Positions 1 through 8,947 of a stretch of 24,537 nucleotides of DNA are shown in pieces. The stretch lies in the NCBI GenBank assembly GCA_025881525.1, contig GCA_025881525.1_4849.1; one strand, given 5' to 3'. A program made the position numbers and the translations under genes. Below the pieces are notes generated by a model. The model ran no database searches, had not been told where the DNA came from, and worked only from the letters and a program-made list of their open reading frames with translations. Origin of the DNA: a phage. How positions within the stretch are numbered: position 1 is the stretch's first letter; the number at the start of each line of letters is the position of its first letter.

Positions 1-8
1 CCCTTTTT

Positions 9-123
9 ACCCACGAAAAATAAAAACATTCAAATCAATGATTTACGATGAAAAACGTGGGGCAACCAACCTTCCCCACGACCTGCCCCACGGGCAAAAA
101 TTTACCCCACGAGCACGTTTTTA
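9..123. repeat. Cluster of CCCCACG heptamer repeats (about 5 copies, direct and inverted), including hairpin CGTGGGG-N11-CCCCACG at 56-80
   Basis: Read directly: cccacga 10-16, cgtgggg 56-62 (inverted), ccccacg 74-80, 86-92, 105-111; non-coding leader upstream of first gene. Confidence 0.55.
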
Positions 124-134
124 ACTCATTCCTG

Positions 135-163
135 TTGACGTAGAATCGCAGCTGATGTAGATT
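135..163 (+). promoter_or_regulatory. sigma70-like promoter candidate TTGACG-17bp-TAGATT for early plus-strand block
   Basis: TTGACG 135-140, 17 bp spacer, TAGATT 158-163; about 30 bp upstream of first ATG; overlaps conserved TTGACGTAGAAT motif. Confidence 0.4.
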
Positions 164-193
164 GAACTCATCGAAACAAACGAGGGTGAAGAG

Positions 194-379
194 ATGAAAG
201 AAGAAAGCACGTACAGTATCGACCAGATGAAATTGTTCAGCGATATATGCATGGCATTGTCACAACAGGTTCCAAGCCTTCCTGCTGACACGCGTTCAAA
301 TGCCATCATTGATGCAGCAAACATGATTTGCGAGGCTTATGCGATGAGTGAAGATGAATACAAGGCTTTGAAGAAATGA
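194..379 (+). CDS. hypothetical small protein (61 aa)
   Basis: ORF with GAGGG RBS upstream; first gene of co-directional early-type block. Confidence 0.5.
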   Translation: MKEESTYSIDQMKLFSDICMALSQQVPSLPADTRSNAIIDAANMICEAYAMSEDEYKALKK

Positions 380-471
380 CAGGCGCAGCATTCGAGCTTA
401 TCGCCAGTCTGGTTATTGTGGCGTTCATTATCATTGCAGTGGCAGTTTCTATATCAGGGTATAAGGAGTGA
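376..471 (+). CDS. hypothetical small hydrophobic peptide (31 aa)
   Basis: ATG overlaps upstream stop (ATGA); translation MTGAAFELIASLVIVAFIIIAVAVSISGYKE, single TM-like segment; below ORF-track cutoff. Confidence 0.3.
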   Translation: MTGAAFELIASLVIVAFIIIAVAVSISGYKE

Positions 472-475
472 CAGA

Positions 476-559
476 ATGAGCAACTGGCATAACGAGCACA
501 TCATGCGATGGTATCGTCGCCGCATTAAGGCAATCATTAACTCTTACGAGGTGCAATAA
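476..559 (+). CDS. hypothetical small basic peptide (27 aa)
   Basis: AAGGAG RBS 8 nt upstream of ATG; fills gap between neighbouring genes. Confidence 0.25.
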   Translation: MSNWHNEHIMRWYRRRIKAIINSYEVQ

Positions 560-742
560 ATGGCAAAGACTATCTATCGTCGCGAGAAACTGGAACAAGA
601 ACTCGGTCACGTTGGCGCTCAGAACTTCATGAGCAAGCAGGCACGCAATGCAATGGAATCTATCCGCGTAAATCGCGTTGTGCGCGTGTTTAATGGTGAA
701 GGAAAGCGAAGAGTAATTGATGAGCTGATTATCGTATTCTGA
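560..742 (+). CDS. hypothetical protein (60 aa)
   Basis: ORF starts immediately after previous stop; GAGGTG RBS. Confidence 0.45.
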   Translation: MAKTIYRREKLEQELGHVGAQNFMSKQARNAMESIRVNRVVRVFNGEGKRRVIDELIIVF

Positions 743-778
743 CATCGATTCAGCAGGCTTATTTCTAATGGTGATGAT

Positions 779-1012
779 ATGGAAAAAGTGAAAACATACG
801 AGTTCTGGTTTGCTCAGAACAAAATGTATTCGATCAAGACAATCAAGCAGGTGCGATGGTGGAATAAATGGTTAATCCTGTCAGGATGCATTGTGCTGGC
901 AAAGTGCAAATTCAAAGCGGTTGACATCACAGATGATGATGCGCTCAAAATCGCAAAGATTGAGTTTGAAGAAGATGGTTATTACGAAGAAATAATGGGG
1001 GTTAGGGTATGA
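779..1012 (+). CDS. hypothetical protein (77 aa)
   Basis: ORF in co-directional block. Confidence 0.5.
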   Translation: MEKVKTYEFWFAQNKMYSIKTIKQVRWWNKWLILSGCIVLAKCKFKAVDITDDDALKIAKIEFEEDGYYEEIMGVRV

Positions 1013-1089
1013 GTGAAGTTAAAACATACGCAGTAAACTTCAACATCAGTGAATTTGCAGCCCAGCTTCACAAAGGAGTGCAGTCATGA
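1009..1089 (+). CDS. hypothetical small peptide (26 aa)
   Basis: ATG overlaps previous stop; N-terminus MSEVKTY resembles MEKVKTY of the preceding gene; ends in ATGA overlap with next gene. Confidence 0.25.
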   Translation: MSEVKTYAVNFNISEFAAQLHKGVQS

Positions 1090-1472
1090 ATAGAGAGCTT
1101 AAAAAAATTGTGAAGATTAAGCGTTCCCGCCACTCGCTTGATTTTTTCATCGGTGATTACGTCGAGTGCGAAGTTGGCAATGGATTCATCTACGAAATGC
1201 AGTTTCGCCTTGAGGCATGGTATCTGATGGGGAAATATTACGATTATATGGATGAGCAGTGGTACGTGGATCATAGAAAATCATTCCGGCTGGAATGCCC
1301 AGCTGAAGCCTTTATTGCTCTTGGTAATAGCCTAACGAAGCTTAGCAGACTTCACAACTGTGACAACCTGGCTGAACACCTAACTAAACTGATGAAAGAC
1401 GTTGCTTCGCACGCTGCTATTAGTGAATCAGAGGGAAACGCCAAACTTCGCAAAGGAGGTGAGCAAAAATGA
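1086..1472 (+). CDS. hypothetical protein (128 aa)
   Basis: ORF with AAGGAG RBS; overlapping stop/start with neighbours. Confidence 0.6.
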   Translation: MNRELKKIVKIKRSRHSLDFFIGDYVECEVGNGFIYEMQFRLEAWYLMGKYYDYMDEQWYVDHRKSFRLECPAEAFIALGNSLTKLSRLHNCDNLAEHLTKLMKDVASHAAISESEGNAKLRKGGEQK

Positions 1473-1771
1473 CAATCACAAAACAACGAGTAGAAGAAAT
1501 CATATCGCGCATTGAAATGTATGGACATGGTGCAGGGTATACCGCTGATGAGGTTTATGACCTTGCTGTACTGGCGCTGAATTTATCGAATATCGCAAAA
1601 CTCAAGCGATACGAGCTTGATATGAGTGGTTGTGACTCATGCGGTCAGGATTGTGGCGCTGATATGACTGAAGACCCTGATGGCGAATTTGTCATGTTCT
1701 ACGATGTTGTCAATCTTGTTCAGTTTGACACCACCAACCAGCAATTCGAAAGCCTGGCTAAAAGTGAATAG
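1469..1771 (+). CDS. hypothetical protein (100 aa) with CDSCGQDC cysteine cluster
   Basis: ORF with GGAGG RBS; ATGA overlap with upstream gene. Confidence 0.6.
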   Translation: MTITKQRVEEIISRIEMYGHGAGYTADEVYDLAVLALNLSNIAKLKRYELDMSGCDSCGQDCGADMTEDPDGEFVMFYDVVNLVQFDTTNQQFESLAKSE

Positions 1772-1834
1772 CTACACGTTCATATTAGTTATCAGTGCGC
1801 TCTATGTGGCGCACGCTTTAGTGGAGATATTGAG

Positions 1835-1942
1835 ATGACCAGACATCAACGACGCCGATACACCACTGGCGCTAAAATTTTCCTTGCTGTTTATGCGCTG
1901 GCACTTGTAGCGGCTATTGCAGGAGTTGTGCATTATGTTTAA
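1835..1942 (+). CDS. hypothetical small membrane peptide (35 aa)
   Basis: Translation MTRHQRRRYTTGAKIFLAVYALALVAAIAGVVHYV: basic N-terminus plus one TM segment. Confidence 0.3.
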   Translation: MTRHQRRRYTTGAKIFLAVYALALVAAIAGVVHYV

Positions 1943-2114
1943 CGACATTAGCGACGCAATGGAATTCATGTGGAAACGATACCGGGACAGCATGAAGACG
2001 TGTCACTACATGATGGTGCAGATAGGTAATTACATTGAGGTTGTGCCTGATAACGGCATGCATAACATCAAGTGCATGTGCTCAACGAGGGATTATGCTA
2101 ATGCAAACCACTAA
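1935..2114 (+). CDS. hypothetical protein (59 aa)
   Basis: ORF track 1917-2114; internal ATG at 1935 preceded by GGAG preferred as start. Confidence 0.45.
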   Translation: MFNDISDAMEFMWKRYRDSMKTCHYMMVQIGNYIEVVPDNGMHNIKCMCSTRDYANANH

Positions 2115-2274
2115 GCAAAAAGTTTGGCAACTAGCCAAACAGCACGAGCTGGATGACTTTATCGCGAAGGTTGCAAAGACATTCCCTGATGCGCTTGAAA
2201 TCGTTCATGTGCAGACGCGAAATGAAAATGCATGGTGCTATGCTGGCAAGCGTGATAATGATGGTGTACAATAA
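2101..2274 (+). CDS. hypothetical protein (57 aa)
   Basis: ORF track 2035-2274; ATG at 2101 preferred; last gene before terminator. Confidence 0.45.
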   Translation: MQTTKQKVWQLAKQHELDDFIAKVAKTFPDALEIVHVQTRNENAWCYAGKRDNDGVQ

Positions 2275-2319
2275 GCGCATAATCACTATTGCTTTCACTC
2301 ATATCATCACCCAACCTTT

Positions 2320-2347
2320 AACCCGCCTTGTGCGGGTTCTTTTTTAT
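2320..2347 (+). terminator. Rho-independent terminator (CCCGC-cttgt-GCGGG followed by TTCTTTTTT)
   Basis: Stem 2322-2326/2332-2336 and T-run read directly; ends early block. Confidence 0.6.
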
Positions 2348-2392
2348 CTGTGTTAAACTAACGATATCGAAATACGAAAAGACGAAAACAGA

Positions 2393-2839
2393 ATGGCTAA
2401 TCCAAACCCTGTCATGAAATTTTCCTCTGAGTACCAGCCTGCTGGTAGAGGATTAAGCTACAGAAACAGGCTGATTGAGGCACTAAAGCGTTGCGGGCTT
2501 GGCGAGGAGGAATTCCTTGACGCATTCATCAGGACGTCAATCAGAATGACGGAGGAAAACCCGACTCAGGGCGTGCAGATGCTGAAGGAAATATTCCTGC
2601 GCATCAGTCCCGTGCAAAAAAGTATGGCACCTCCGGTTAATTTTAAATACCGCAAAGATGCCACGCCAGTTGAGCAGATAGAGGACGTCATTCAATCTGT
2701 CTCCAGTGGTGAGCTTCCAATTGATGTTGCGTCTCAGGTTGTGTCTATGATTAAGGTTGGCCTTGACGTAAAAGAATTAACCGAACTCGCCGCGCGACTT
2801 GAGCGACTGGAGAAATTGCTGGAGCAGCAGAATGCGTGA
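2393..2839 (+). CDS. putative terminase small subunit (148 aa)
   Basis: Position immediately upstream of large terminase; small protein with helical C-terminus; no motif-level confirmation. Confidence 0.45.
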   Translation: MANPNPVMKFSSEYQPAGRGLSYRNRLIEALKRCGLGEEEFLDAFIRTSIRMTEENPTQGVQMLKEIFLRISPVQKSMAPPVNFKYRKDATPVEQIEDVIQSVSSGELPIDVASQVVSMIKVGLDVKELTELAARLERLEKLLEQQNA

Positions 2840-2969
2840 CTTTGCGTTTACTATTGGCGGCATGATGGCAATGGCTGGATTCTTTGCTGCCGATAATATT
2901 ATCTCACATGTCATTTGTTGGCTGTTTATTCTGTCGATGGCTATCTACTCTCAATTTAAGCCGAGGTGA
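2832..2969 (+). CDS. hypothetical small membrane peptide (45 aa)
   Basis: Translation MRDFAFTIGGMMAMAGFFAADNIISHVICWLFILSMAIYSQFKPR; start overlaps upstream stop. Confidence 0.3.
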   Translation: MRDFAFTIGGMMAMAGFFAADNIISHVICWLFILSMAIYSQFKPR

Positions 2970-3128
2970 ATGATGCTTAAGCTAGCCCTCTCAAATATGG
3001 CGCTCGCAATGTTGATGTTTATCGCTGGCGGGGCTTCAGGAGCCGCCGCTTTCGCGATATGGGGATGCATGTTCATGCTGACGGCAACAATAATTACTAT
3101 TGTTGGAACTTCGCGTTATGGCTCGTAA
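2970..3128 (+). CDS. hypothetical small membrane peptide (52 aa)
   Basis: Translation MMLKLALSNMALAMLMFIAGGASGAAAFAIWGCMFMLTATIITIVGTSRYGS; overlaps terminase start. Confidence 0.3.
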   Translation: MMLKLALSNMALAMLMFIAGGASGAAAFAIWGCMFMLTATIITIVGTSRYGS

Positions 3129-4542
3129 ACGCCTGTCCGCTCTGGCAATCGAAAAGCTGGAAGCGCAGATTGATGACGCGATGACAGATGTTGCAGAGTC
3201 AGCTATCTTTGGCATCTGCGATATGCAGAAGAACGTCATAAAGCGGTTAAGGATGACTGCCACTGGCGTTGATGACGTGACCAATGCAACAACTCATGCT
3301 GACCACCTTATTCCGGCAAAACTTGAGAGACTGCTTTACCCCAAACGATTCAAGTTTGTCTACGGTGGCCGTGGGTCAGGGAAAACGAGAACGATTATCA
3401 CCATCCTTACTGAGCGCGCAAGGTTTCGACCTGACCGCTTTGCATGCTTTCGTGAGATTCAGCAATCCATTGAGGATTCAAGCTATCAGGAGCTTGTTGA
3501 TGAGATAGCCCGCAAGGGTGAATCGGCAGAGTTCCGTGTTATCAACAACGAGATAACACACAAGAAGACCAAAGCTAAATTTCGCTTTAAGGGTCTGTAT
3601 CGCAACCAGACTACGGTTAAAGGTTTTGCTGGCATCACCGTAGGCTGGGTAGAGGAAGCTGAGAACGTCAGCCAGACAAGCTGGGATATTCTTGTGCCTA
3701 CCATCCGTGCCGCCAATTCCGAACTGTGGTGTTCATTCAACCCCAACAAGGAAACAGACCCAACATGGAAAAACTGGATTGCCCCCTATCACTCACAGAT
3801 GGTTGATGGCATATTCGAAAATGATGAAATTCTGATTATCGAATGTAACTATTCAGACAACCCGTGGTTCTGGGATACGCCTCTGCCATCCGCTATGGAG
3901 CAAATGAAGCGCGTCGATTTCGACCGCTACATGTGGATATGGGAAGGCAAATTTAATAAACGCAGCGACGAGCAGGTCTTCGGCGGCAAATGGCGCATTG
4001 ATAACTTTGAGGTTAAACCTGAATGGCATGGCCCATACTTCGGGATGGACTTCGGATTCTCCACGGATCCTACCGCGATGGTTGAGGTTTATATCGAAGA
4101 GTTACCGGGTGGGCGGCGCAACATTTATATTAATCGCGAGTACGGCAAAGTTGGTCTTGAGATTACCGATACACCAGCCGCGATGGAGCAATCATTTCCG
4201 ATGGCTAAGCGCGCACGATGGTATGCCGACTGTGCGCGCCCAGAAACCATCAGTCACATCAAGCGCTCTGGATTTGATATTCACCCGTGCACAAAATGGC
4301 CAGGGAGTGTTGAGGATGGCGTAACGTGGCTGCGTGGGTGCGACAGCATCATCATCCACAATCGATGCAAGGAAATGCAGAATGAAGCGACAATGTACAG
4401 CTACAAGGTTGATAAACTGACTGGGAACGTGCTGACTGATATTGTTGATGCATTTAACCACTTCTGGGATGCAGTTCGCTACGCACTTAATGACCATATC
4501 GTTCAGCGTGGCAGTGGAATGCTCATCCGGCGCAGGCGATAA
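3118..4542 (+). CDS. terminase large subunit
   Basis: Walker A motif FVYGGRGSGKT near N-terminus, C-terminal nuclease-like region, about 475 aa; ORF track starts at TTG 3100, ATG 3118 preferred. Confidence 0.9.
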   Translation: MARKRLSALAIEKLEAQIDDAMTDVAESAIFGICDMQKNVIKRLRMTATGVDDVTNATTHADHLIPAKLERLLYPKRFKFVYGGRGSGKTRTIITILTERARFRPDRFACFREIQQSIEDSSYQELVDEIARKGESAEFRVINNEITHKKTKAKFRFKGLYRNQTTVKGFAGITVGWVEEAENVSQTSWDILVPTIRAANSELWCSFNPNKETDPTWKNWIAPYHSQMVDGIFENDEILIIECNYSDNPWFWDTPLPSAMEQMKRVDFDRYMWIWEGKFNKRSDEQVFGGKWRIDNFEVKPEWHGPYFGMDFGFSTDPTAMVEVYIEELPGGRRNIYINREYGKVGLEITDTPAAMEQSFPMAKRARWYADCARPETISHIKRSGFDIHPCTKWPGSVEDGVTWLRGCDSIIIHNRCKEMQNEATMYSYKVDKLTGNVLTDIVDAFNHFWDAVRYALNDHIVQRGSGMLIRRRR

Positions 4543-4558
4543 ATCCGCATCGCCACAC

Positions 4559-4590
4559 TTGACCAATCTACACCGAGCGCATAGTATAAT
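4559..4590 (+). promoter_or_regulatory. promoter-like element TTGACC then TAGTAT (17 bp spacer) or TATAAT (20 bp spacer)
   Basis: Read directly; shares gcatagtat...tctacatca with the minus-strand reading of the 9781-9800 region. Confidence 0.3.
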
Positions 4591-4618
4591 CTACATCAGG
4601 CTTACCGGAGATATCACT

Positions 4619-4825
4619 ATGCGCAGCTATGCAGGATTTACACAGGAGGAAAAAGAGCAGGTCTATTCACTGGCGCGGGCTGGCGTGCCTGATGATGTGA
4701 TTTGCCGTAGGTATGACATCGACGAGGATTTCCTGCTGCGCGTTATTGATGATGTTTTCGTTAACCTGCAAGAGAAACGCGGGTACAAGGGTATCTGCTG
4801 CAAGAATGATTTTTTGAGAGGGTGA
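4619..4825 (+). CDS. hypothetical protein (68 aa)
   Basis: ORF track 4442-4825; ATG 4619 with GGAG RBS preferred since upstream part overlaps terminase. Confidence 0.5.
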   Translation: MRSYAGFTQEEKEQVYSLARAGVPDDVICRRYDIDEDFLLRVIDDVFVNLQEKRGYKGICCKNDFLRG

Positions 4826-4829
4826 AAAC

Positions 4830-5027
4830 ATGAAAAGCATAATGAAAAGAATGGTCCGGGCATATGATAAAGAACTGTGCGTATTCAGAGATATGCGTAA
4901 TAACAAGAAAAAGCGCAGAGCTACGGCGCGCCAGTTAGCATCATATTACGATGAGGACGTTGCGATTGAATGCCAGGAGGATGCCGATGAATTTGCTCGT
5001 GATGATATTTACTATATGGTTAACTGA
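4830..5027 (+). CDS. hypothetical basic protein (65 aa)
   Basis: ORF with GAGAGGGTG RBS. Confidence 0.5.
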   Translation: MKSIMKRMVRAYDKELCVFRDMRNNKKKRRATARQLASYYDEDVAIECQEDADEFARDDIYYMVN

Positions 5028-5044
5028 TTTTGAGAGGGTGATGG

Positions 5045-5215
5045 ATGATTGTTATTGAAGACGAAACAAAAACGCCAATGTGCACGATAGCGATTGACTT
5101 TAACTCTGACCCTATGATCACTCAGGGTCATGACACTATTATTATTGACAAACATCAAGCAGCACAGCTAATCGAAGTCCTGCAACGCTGGGTTAATGGT
5201 GAGGAGATTGAGTGA
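5045..5215 (+). CDS. hypothetical protein (56 aa)
   Basis: GAGAGGGTG RBS (13-nt duplicate of the RBS region at 4812-4824); below ORF-track cutoff; TGATG overlap with next gene. Confidence 0.4.
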   Translation: MIVIEDETKTPMCTIAIDFNSDPMITQGHDTIIIDKHQAAQLIEVLQRWVNGEEIE

Positions 5216-5400
5216 TGAGCGTTTATTTTATTCATGCTGAAGTTATGTGGGCTGGTGATACCATCAAGAAGATTTCATGTATGGCCTCTACAAGTAATGC
5301 CATTGAAGCGTTTAACTCATTTATGATTTGCAGTGAGGTTAATGAGTTTAAATCTGGCGGGTATGATGTTGTCATTGATAAACTAGAAAAGGTAGAGTGA
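5215..5400 (+). CDS. hypothetical protein (61 aa)
   Basis: ORF track 5212-5400 (GTG); ATG 5215 with GGTGAGGAG RBS preferred. Confidence 0.5.
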   Translation: MSVYFIHAEVMWAGDTIKKISCMASTSNAIEAFNSFMICSEVNEFKSGGYDVVIDKLEKVE

Positions 5401-5876
5401 TGATTGATTGGGTATCTTTATTTGATTATGATGGAGTGTCTTTGGTGTGGAAGCATGGAAGGGGAGGTGTTTCCGTTGGCAGCATTGCGGGAACGGTTAA
5501 TGCTGGCGGGTACATTCAACTCAAAGCTAACGGAAGATTTTATTATGCCCACAGAATTATATGGGAAATGCATAACGGGCAAATACCTGACGACATGGAG
5601 ATTGATCATATAAACCACAACAAGGCGGACAACAGGATTGAGAATTTGCGTCTTGTTCGACACAAAACTAACACTAAAAACGCGCCTAAATACAAAAATA
5701 ACACCAGCGGCGTTACTGGTGTGAGTTGGTATAAGAGAGATAAAAAATGGCTAGCACAAATAATGGTTGATGGCAATTACATACGTCTTGGTCTTTTTGA
5801 TAATTTCGAAGCAGCAGTCGCCGTAAGAAAGGAAGCAGAACTAAGGTATGGATTTCACAAGAACCACGGCACTTGA
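5400..5876 (+). CDS. HNH homing endonuclease with AP2-type DNA-binding domain
   Basis: HNH motif EIDHINHNKADNRIENLRLV followed by AP2-like GVTGVSWYKRDKKWLAQIMVDGNYIRLGLFDNFEAAVAVRKEAE. Confidence 0.85.
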   Translation: MIDWVSLFDYDGVSLVWKHGRGGVSVGSIAGTVNAGGYIQLKANGRFYYAHRIIWEMHNGQIPDDMEIDHINHNKADNRIENLRLVRHKTNTKNAPKYKNNTSGVTGVSWYKRDKKWLAQIMVDGNYIRLGLFDNFEAAVAVRKEAELRYGFHKNHGT

Positions 5877-5885
5877 TGATATAAT
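5877..5885 (+). promoter_or_regulatory. extended -10 promoter element TGATATAAT upstream of portal gene
   Basis: Perfect TGnTATAAT directly after HNH stop codon, about 30 bp before portal ATG. Confidence 0.35.
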
Positions 5886-5913
5886 GACCCTTGCAGAAAT
5901 GTGAGGGTTTTTT

Positions 5914-7329
5914 ATGAGCGACAAAATCGCAGTATTGAATGCGTACATTAAGGATAGAGTGGCGAACAACAACCGGGCGATTCAGCAACAGCGGCTTTGT
6001 GCTGGCGGGAAGAATCTTGACCAGAAGCACGATCGTCTCTGGACGGAGTGCGGGTACCCACAGGAAATCACTGCCGAGATGTTCCGCTATGCCTATGAGC
6101 GACACCCAGCCGCCGCCGCTGGCATTAACCGCATTATTAATAAATGCTGGCAGAAATACCCTGAAGTGGTAGAAGATGGCGAGGATGACAAGAATTCTAC
6201 ACCGTGGGAGTTGTCCATCAACGACATGATGAAGCGTGCTTATCCGTTCATCAAAGAGGCTGACAAGCGCAACGCCATCAACCGCTATTCCGCTGTTATC
6301 CTGCAAATCCGTGACGGCAAGCAATGGAGTGAGCCAGTAGACATCACCAAAACCCGCCGCATTAAAGATAAATCCATTGTTCGATTCATTCCGGTATGGG
6401 AAGAACAACTACGAGTCAGCGCATGGAATAATGACGAAACCAGCGAAGACTACGGAATGCCAGAGATGTACGAATACCAGGAAAGCGCCGTAGAGGATTT
6501 CGATAGCGACGGAAAGCCTGAACGTTCCGTGCAGATTCATCCTGACCGCATCATTATTCTGGCTGAGGGTAGTTTTGATGGCAGCATGTTCAGCGGCATC
6601 CCAATGTTGCGTGCTGGCTACAACAGTCTTATCGACATGGCTAAAGTTTCAGGAAGTTCTGCGGAAGGCTTCCTGAAGAATGCAAGCCGACAACTGGCTG
6701 TTAACTACACGAAGGATAACGTAACGCCAGCAAGCCTCGCACAGTCGATGGGTGTCGATATTGAAGAACTAACCGACATCATGAATGAGAACATCGAAGC
6801 GCTGAACTCAGGTATCGACGCCGCTATGTTCACAATGGGAGCTGATGCAAAAGTTCTCGCTGTGACGCCAGCCGACCCGAAACCAACATGGGAAGTAGCC
6901 GCCAACCAGTTCGCTGCATCAATGGCGCTTCCGTTCACCGTCATCTTTGGTCAGCAAACCGGGCGCCTTGCAAGCGATGAGGACAAGATGCAGGAGGCGA
7001 TGACTGCCAAGCAGCGCCGAGAAACATGGGTTGATTATGTCATCTCAATGTTCGTTGAGCGCATGATTCAGTTCGGCATTGTCGATAAAGCACCGGCAAA
7101 TGGCTACAAGGTTAAGTGGGATGACCTGCTTGCCCCATCTGAACTGGATAAAGCTGAATTGCTGTCTAAGCTCGCCACTGCCAACAAGTCGTTCTTTGAT
7201 GCTGGTCAATCTGCGTTGCTGACCGTCGATGAAGCTCGCGGCATGGTTGGCATGGAGCCGATTGAACTTGACGAGAGTTATCGCGAAGACATGCCACCGG
7301 AAGATGAAAATGAAGATATTCCGGTTTAA
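5914..7329 (+). CDS. portal protein (putative)
   Basis: 471 aa, acidic C-terminus, sits between terminase and Mu F-like gene; GAGGG RBS; assignment by size and synteny. Confidence 0.7.
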   Translation: MSDKIAVLNAYIKDRVANNNRAIQQQRLCAGGKNLDQKHDRLWTECGYPQEITAEMFRYAYERHPAAAAGINRIINKCWQKYPEVVEDGEDDKNSTPWELSINDMMKRAYPFIKEADKRNAINRYSAVILQIRDGKQWSEPVDITKTRRIKDKSIVRFIPVWEEQLRVSAWNNDETSEDYGMPEMYEYQESAVEDFDSDGKPERSVQIHPDRIIILAEGSFDGSMFSGIPMLRAGYNSLIDMAKVSGSSAEGFLKNASRQLAVNYTKDNVTPASLAQSMGVDIEELTDIMNENIEALNSGIDAAMFTMGADAKVLAVTPADPKPTWEVAANQFAASMALPFTVIFGQQTGRLASDEDKMQEAMTAKQRRETWVDYVISMFVERMIQFGIVDKAPANGYKVKWDDLLAPSELDKAELLSKLATANKSFFDAGQSALLTVDEARGMVGMEPIELDESYREDMPPEDENEDIPV

Positions 7330-8260
7330 CGCAAGGCTTCCACAGCCGCGCATATCGCAGAGTCTGACTGACCCGTTAGGAGCTGCAACTCGCCTGTCGA
7401 AGATGGACAAGGTGATAACGCGCAAATACAAACAACTAAGGACTCGTGCGCTTGAGTTGTTTCGATCTATTCCTCATAGTCAGGCTAACGCAGAATCGAG
7501 CGGCCTGTATTTCTACGATTTCAGCAGCGCGCGAGCTGCCACTTTCATGGATGAGCTACAGGCGCTGATTGACGAGATTCTGCTTGAAGGTGATGATTTC
7601 GGTCACGGCAGAATGTGGGCCAATGTGTTCATCGGTGATGCATACCAGGCTGGAACGCAGAAGGCCAACTCAGAGCTGTCAAGTCTTTCTCCGGTTTATG
7701 CTGAGCAAAGACCTATTGCTGCGATACTCTACAGTGAGCCTTACCTGAATCGACTCCAACTGGCTTATACGCAGGGATATTCAGACTGGCGCGGATTGAG
7801 TGATTATTCCCGCCAGCAACTGGCATCTGTCATTATGGAAGGCATTGCCCGTGGTGCTAATCCTCGCGATGTTGAAGCTGACATTGTTAAGCGTTTGGAT
7901 GTGTCACATAGTTACGCGAAACAGATAGCGCAAACCGAAATCACCGGAACGCTCAGGCAGGCTAACAGGCGAGAAGTTATTGAGGCGCGCGAAGAGTTAG
8001 GTATTGAAACGGTGATGCTGTGGCAGTCGGCATTAATGCGCACAACCCGCCAGACGCACGGGTCTAAACATGGACGGTTTTTTACTCCAGAGCAGATTGA
8101 TGATTTCTACTCTCGTGATGGCAATAAATATAATTGTCACTGCGCACAGGTACCAACACTGCTAATGGATGGCAAGCCAGTCATTCTTGAGTCATCGCAG
8201 GAAAGGCTCGATAAGCAGCGCGAGGCGTGGCAGGCGAGCAATAAAAAAGCCACCAAGTAG
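7310..8260 (+). CDS. head morphogenesis protein, Mu F-like / SPP1 gp7 family
   Basis: C-terminal conserved region [15 protein letters not shown] and YNCHCA typical of the family; ORF track start 7229 lies inside portal, ATG 7304/7310 preferred. Confidence 0.8.
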   Translation: MKIFRFNARLPQPRISQSLTDPLGAATRLSKMDKVITRKYKQLRTRALELFRSIPHSQANAESSGLYFYDFSSARAATFMDELQALIDEILLEGDDFGHGRMWANVFIGDAYQAGTQKANSELSSLSPVYAEQRPIAAILYSEPYLNRLQLAYTQGYSDWRGLSDYSRQQLASVIMEGIARGANPRDVEADIVKRLDVSHSYAKQIAQTEITGTLRQANRREVIEAREELGIETVMLWQSALMRTTRQTHGSKHGRFFTPEQIDDFYSRDGNKYNCHCAQVPTLLMDGKPVILESSQERLDKQREAWQASNKKATK

Positions 8261-8275
8261 GTGGCTTTATATTAT
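8241..8275. terminator. bidirectional hairpin terminator (AGCCACC-aagta-GGTGGCT) with A-run upstream and T-rich tract downstream
   Basis: Read directly; convergent transcription units meet here; Mu F-like gene stop codon lies in the loop. Confidence 0.55.
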
Positions 8276-8400
8276 TTCGATGCCAGAATGAAACTTGCTG
8301 CCATCCAGATATTGGCGATTATCATGTTTGTATCACTATTAGTGATTATCGATAAAATTAACCAGCAAACACCAAGAGCAAATGCAAGCAACCATCGCAT
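8272..8400 (-). CDS. hypothetical small membrane peptide (42 aa)
   Basis: Minus-strand translation MRWLLAFALGVCWLILSIITNSDTNMIIANIWMAASFILASK; start 1 nt after upstream stop; last gene before terminator. Confidence 0.3.
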   Translation of the reverse strand: MRWLLAFALGVCWLILSIITNSDTNMIIANIWMAASFILASK

Positions 8401-8401
8401 A

Positions 8402-8947
8402 TTAATCATCCAGTTTCACGCCGGGAATCTTGCCTGCTGCGATGGCGTCGTAAATGAATGTGGCATCATTAATTCTCGGGTCGTCACCATAATCAAACAT
8501 TAACAATTCTTTTATCTTCTCCACTGCTGCATCTCGCTTCTTTTCTGCTTCTGTGCGAAGTGGGATGAAAACATCCTTATTGGATGGGGTTATTGCGTAG
8601 TAAATTTCACCAGATGGTCTGATAACTATTTTTTCGCCATCAATACCAATAACCTTGACTTTTCCCCATGACGTTCCGTTGCCGATATACTCACATTCAC
8701 ACCCAGCTGGCGGGACCCCTTCGCCGTTCCATGCTGGCTTTTGTAATGCGGCGAGTGCGGATTCGTATTGCTGCTTAGTAACCACATCCGCAATCCAGTC
8801 ATCGCATTTTTTGAGTTTAAAGTCACTGCAATAGTCAGATTCCATTTCAAACAACTGGCCCTCACTATCTTGCTCTACAGCATCAACTCCATCAGGCCAA
8901 CCACCACGCTTAGGCAATTCTTGAACTAACAGGTCGATAAGTTTCAT
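8402..8947 (-). CDS. hypothetical protein (181 aa)
   Basis: Long ORF in minus-strand operon with overlapping start/stop to neighbours. Confidence 0.65.
   Translation of the reverse strand: MKLIDLLVQELPKRGGWPDGVDAVEQDSEGQLFEMESDYCSDFKLKKCDDWIADVVTKQQYESALAALQKPAWNGEGVPPAGCECEYIGNGTSWGKVKVIGIDGEKIVIRPSGEIYYAITPSNKDVFIPLRTEAEKKRDAAVEKIKELLMFDYGDDPRINDATFIYDAIAAGKIPGVKLDD

Noticed and set aside
9-123. Possibility that the CCCCACG repeats are a CRISPR array
   Set aside because: Repeat unit is only 7 bp, spacers are irregular (5-40 bp), orientation is mixed; inconsistent with CRISPR architecture.
1795-1820. Hairpin GTGCGC-tctatgtg-GCGCAC as an intrinsic terminator
   Set aside because: Six-bp GC stem is present but not followed by a convincing T-run; may be an RNA structure or processing site, not called as a terminator.
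3284-4566. ORFs 3284-3508 (+), 3486-3749 (-), 3998-4324 (+), 4192-4566 (-) from the six-frame track
   Set aside because: All lie inside the large terminase gene, whose frame carries the Walker A motif and spans the region; alternative frames show no supporting features.
4585-4590. Perfect TATAAT hexamer paired with TTGACC at 4559-4564
   Set aside because: Spacer would be 20 bp, too long for a canonical sigma70 promoter; kept only as a low-confidence promoter-like element with alternative -10 TAGTAT.
5713-6408. 231-aa minus-strand ORF
   Set aside because: Overlaps the 3-prime end of the HNH gene and the 5-prime part of the portal gene on the opposite strand; low-complexity translation; likely a shadow ORF.
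8261-8503. 80-aa plus-strand ORF after the terminator
   Set aside because: Begins within the terminator and overlaps the 181-aa minus-strand gene; a 42-codon minus-strand membrane ORF (8272-8400) fits the operon better.
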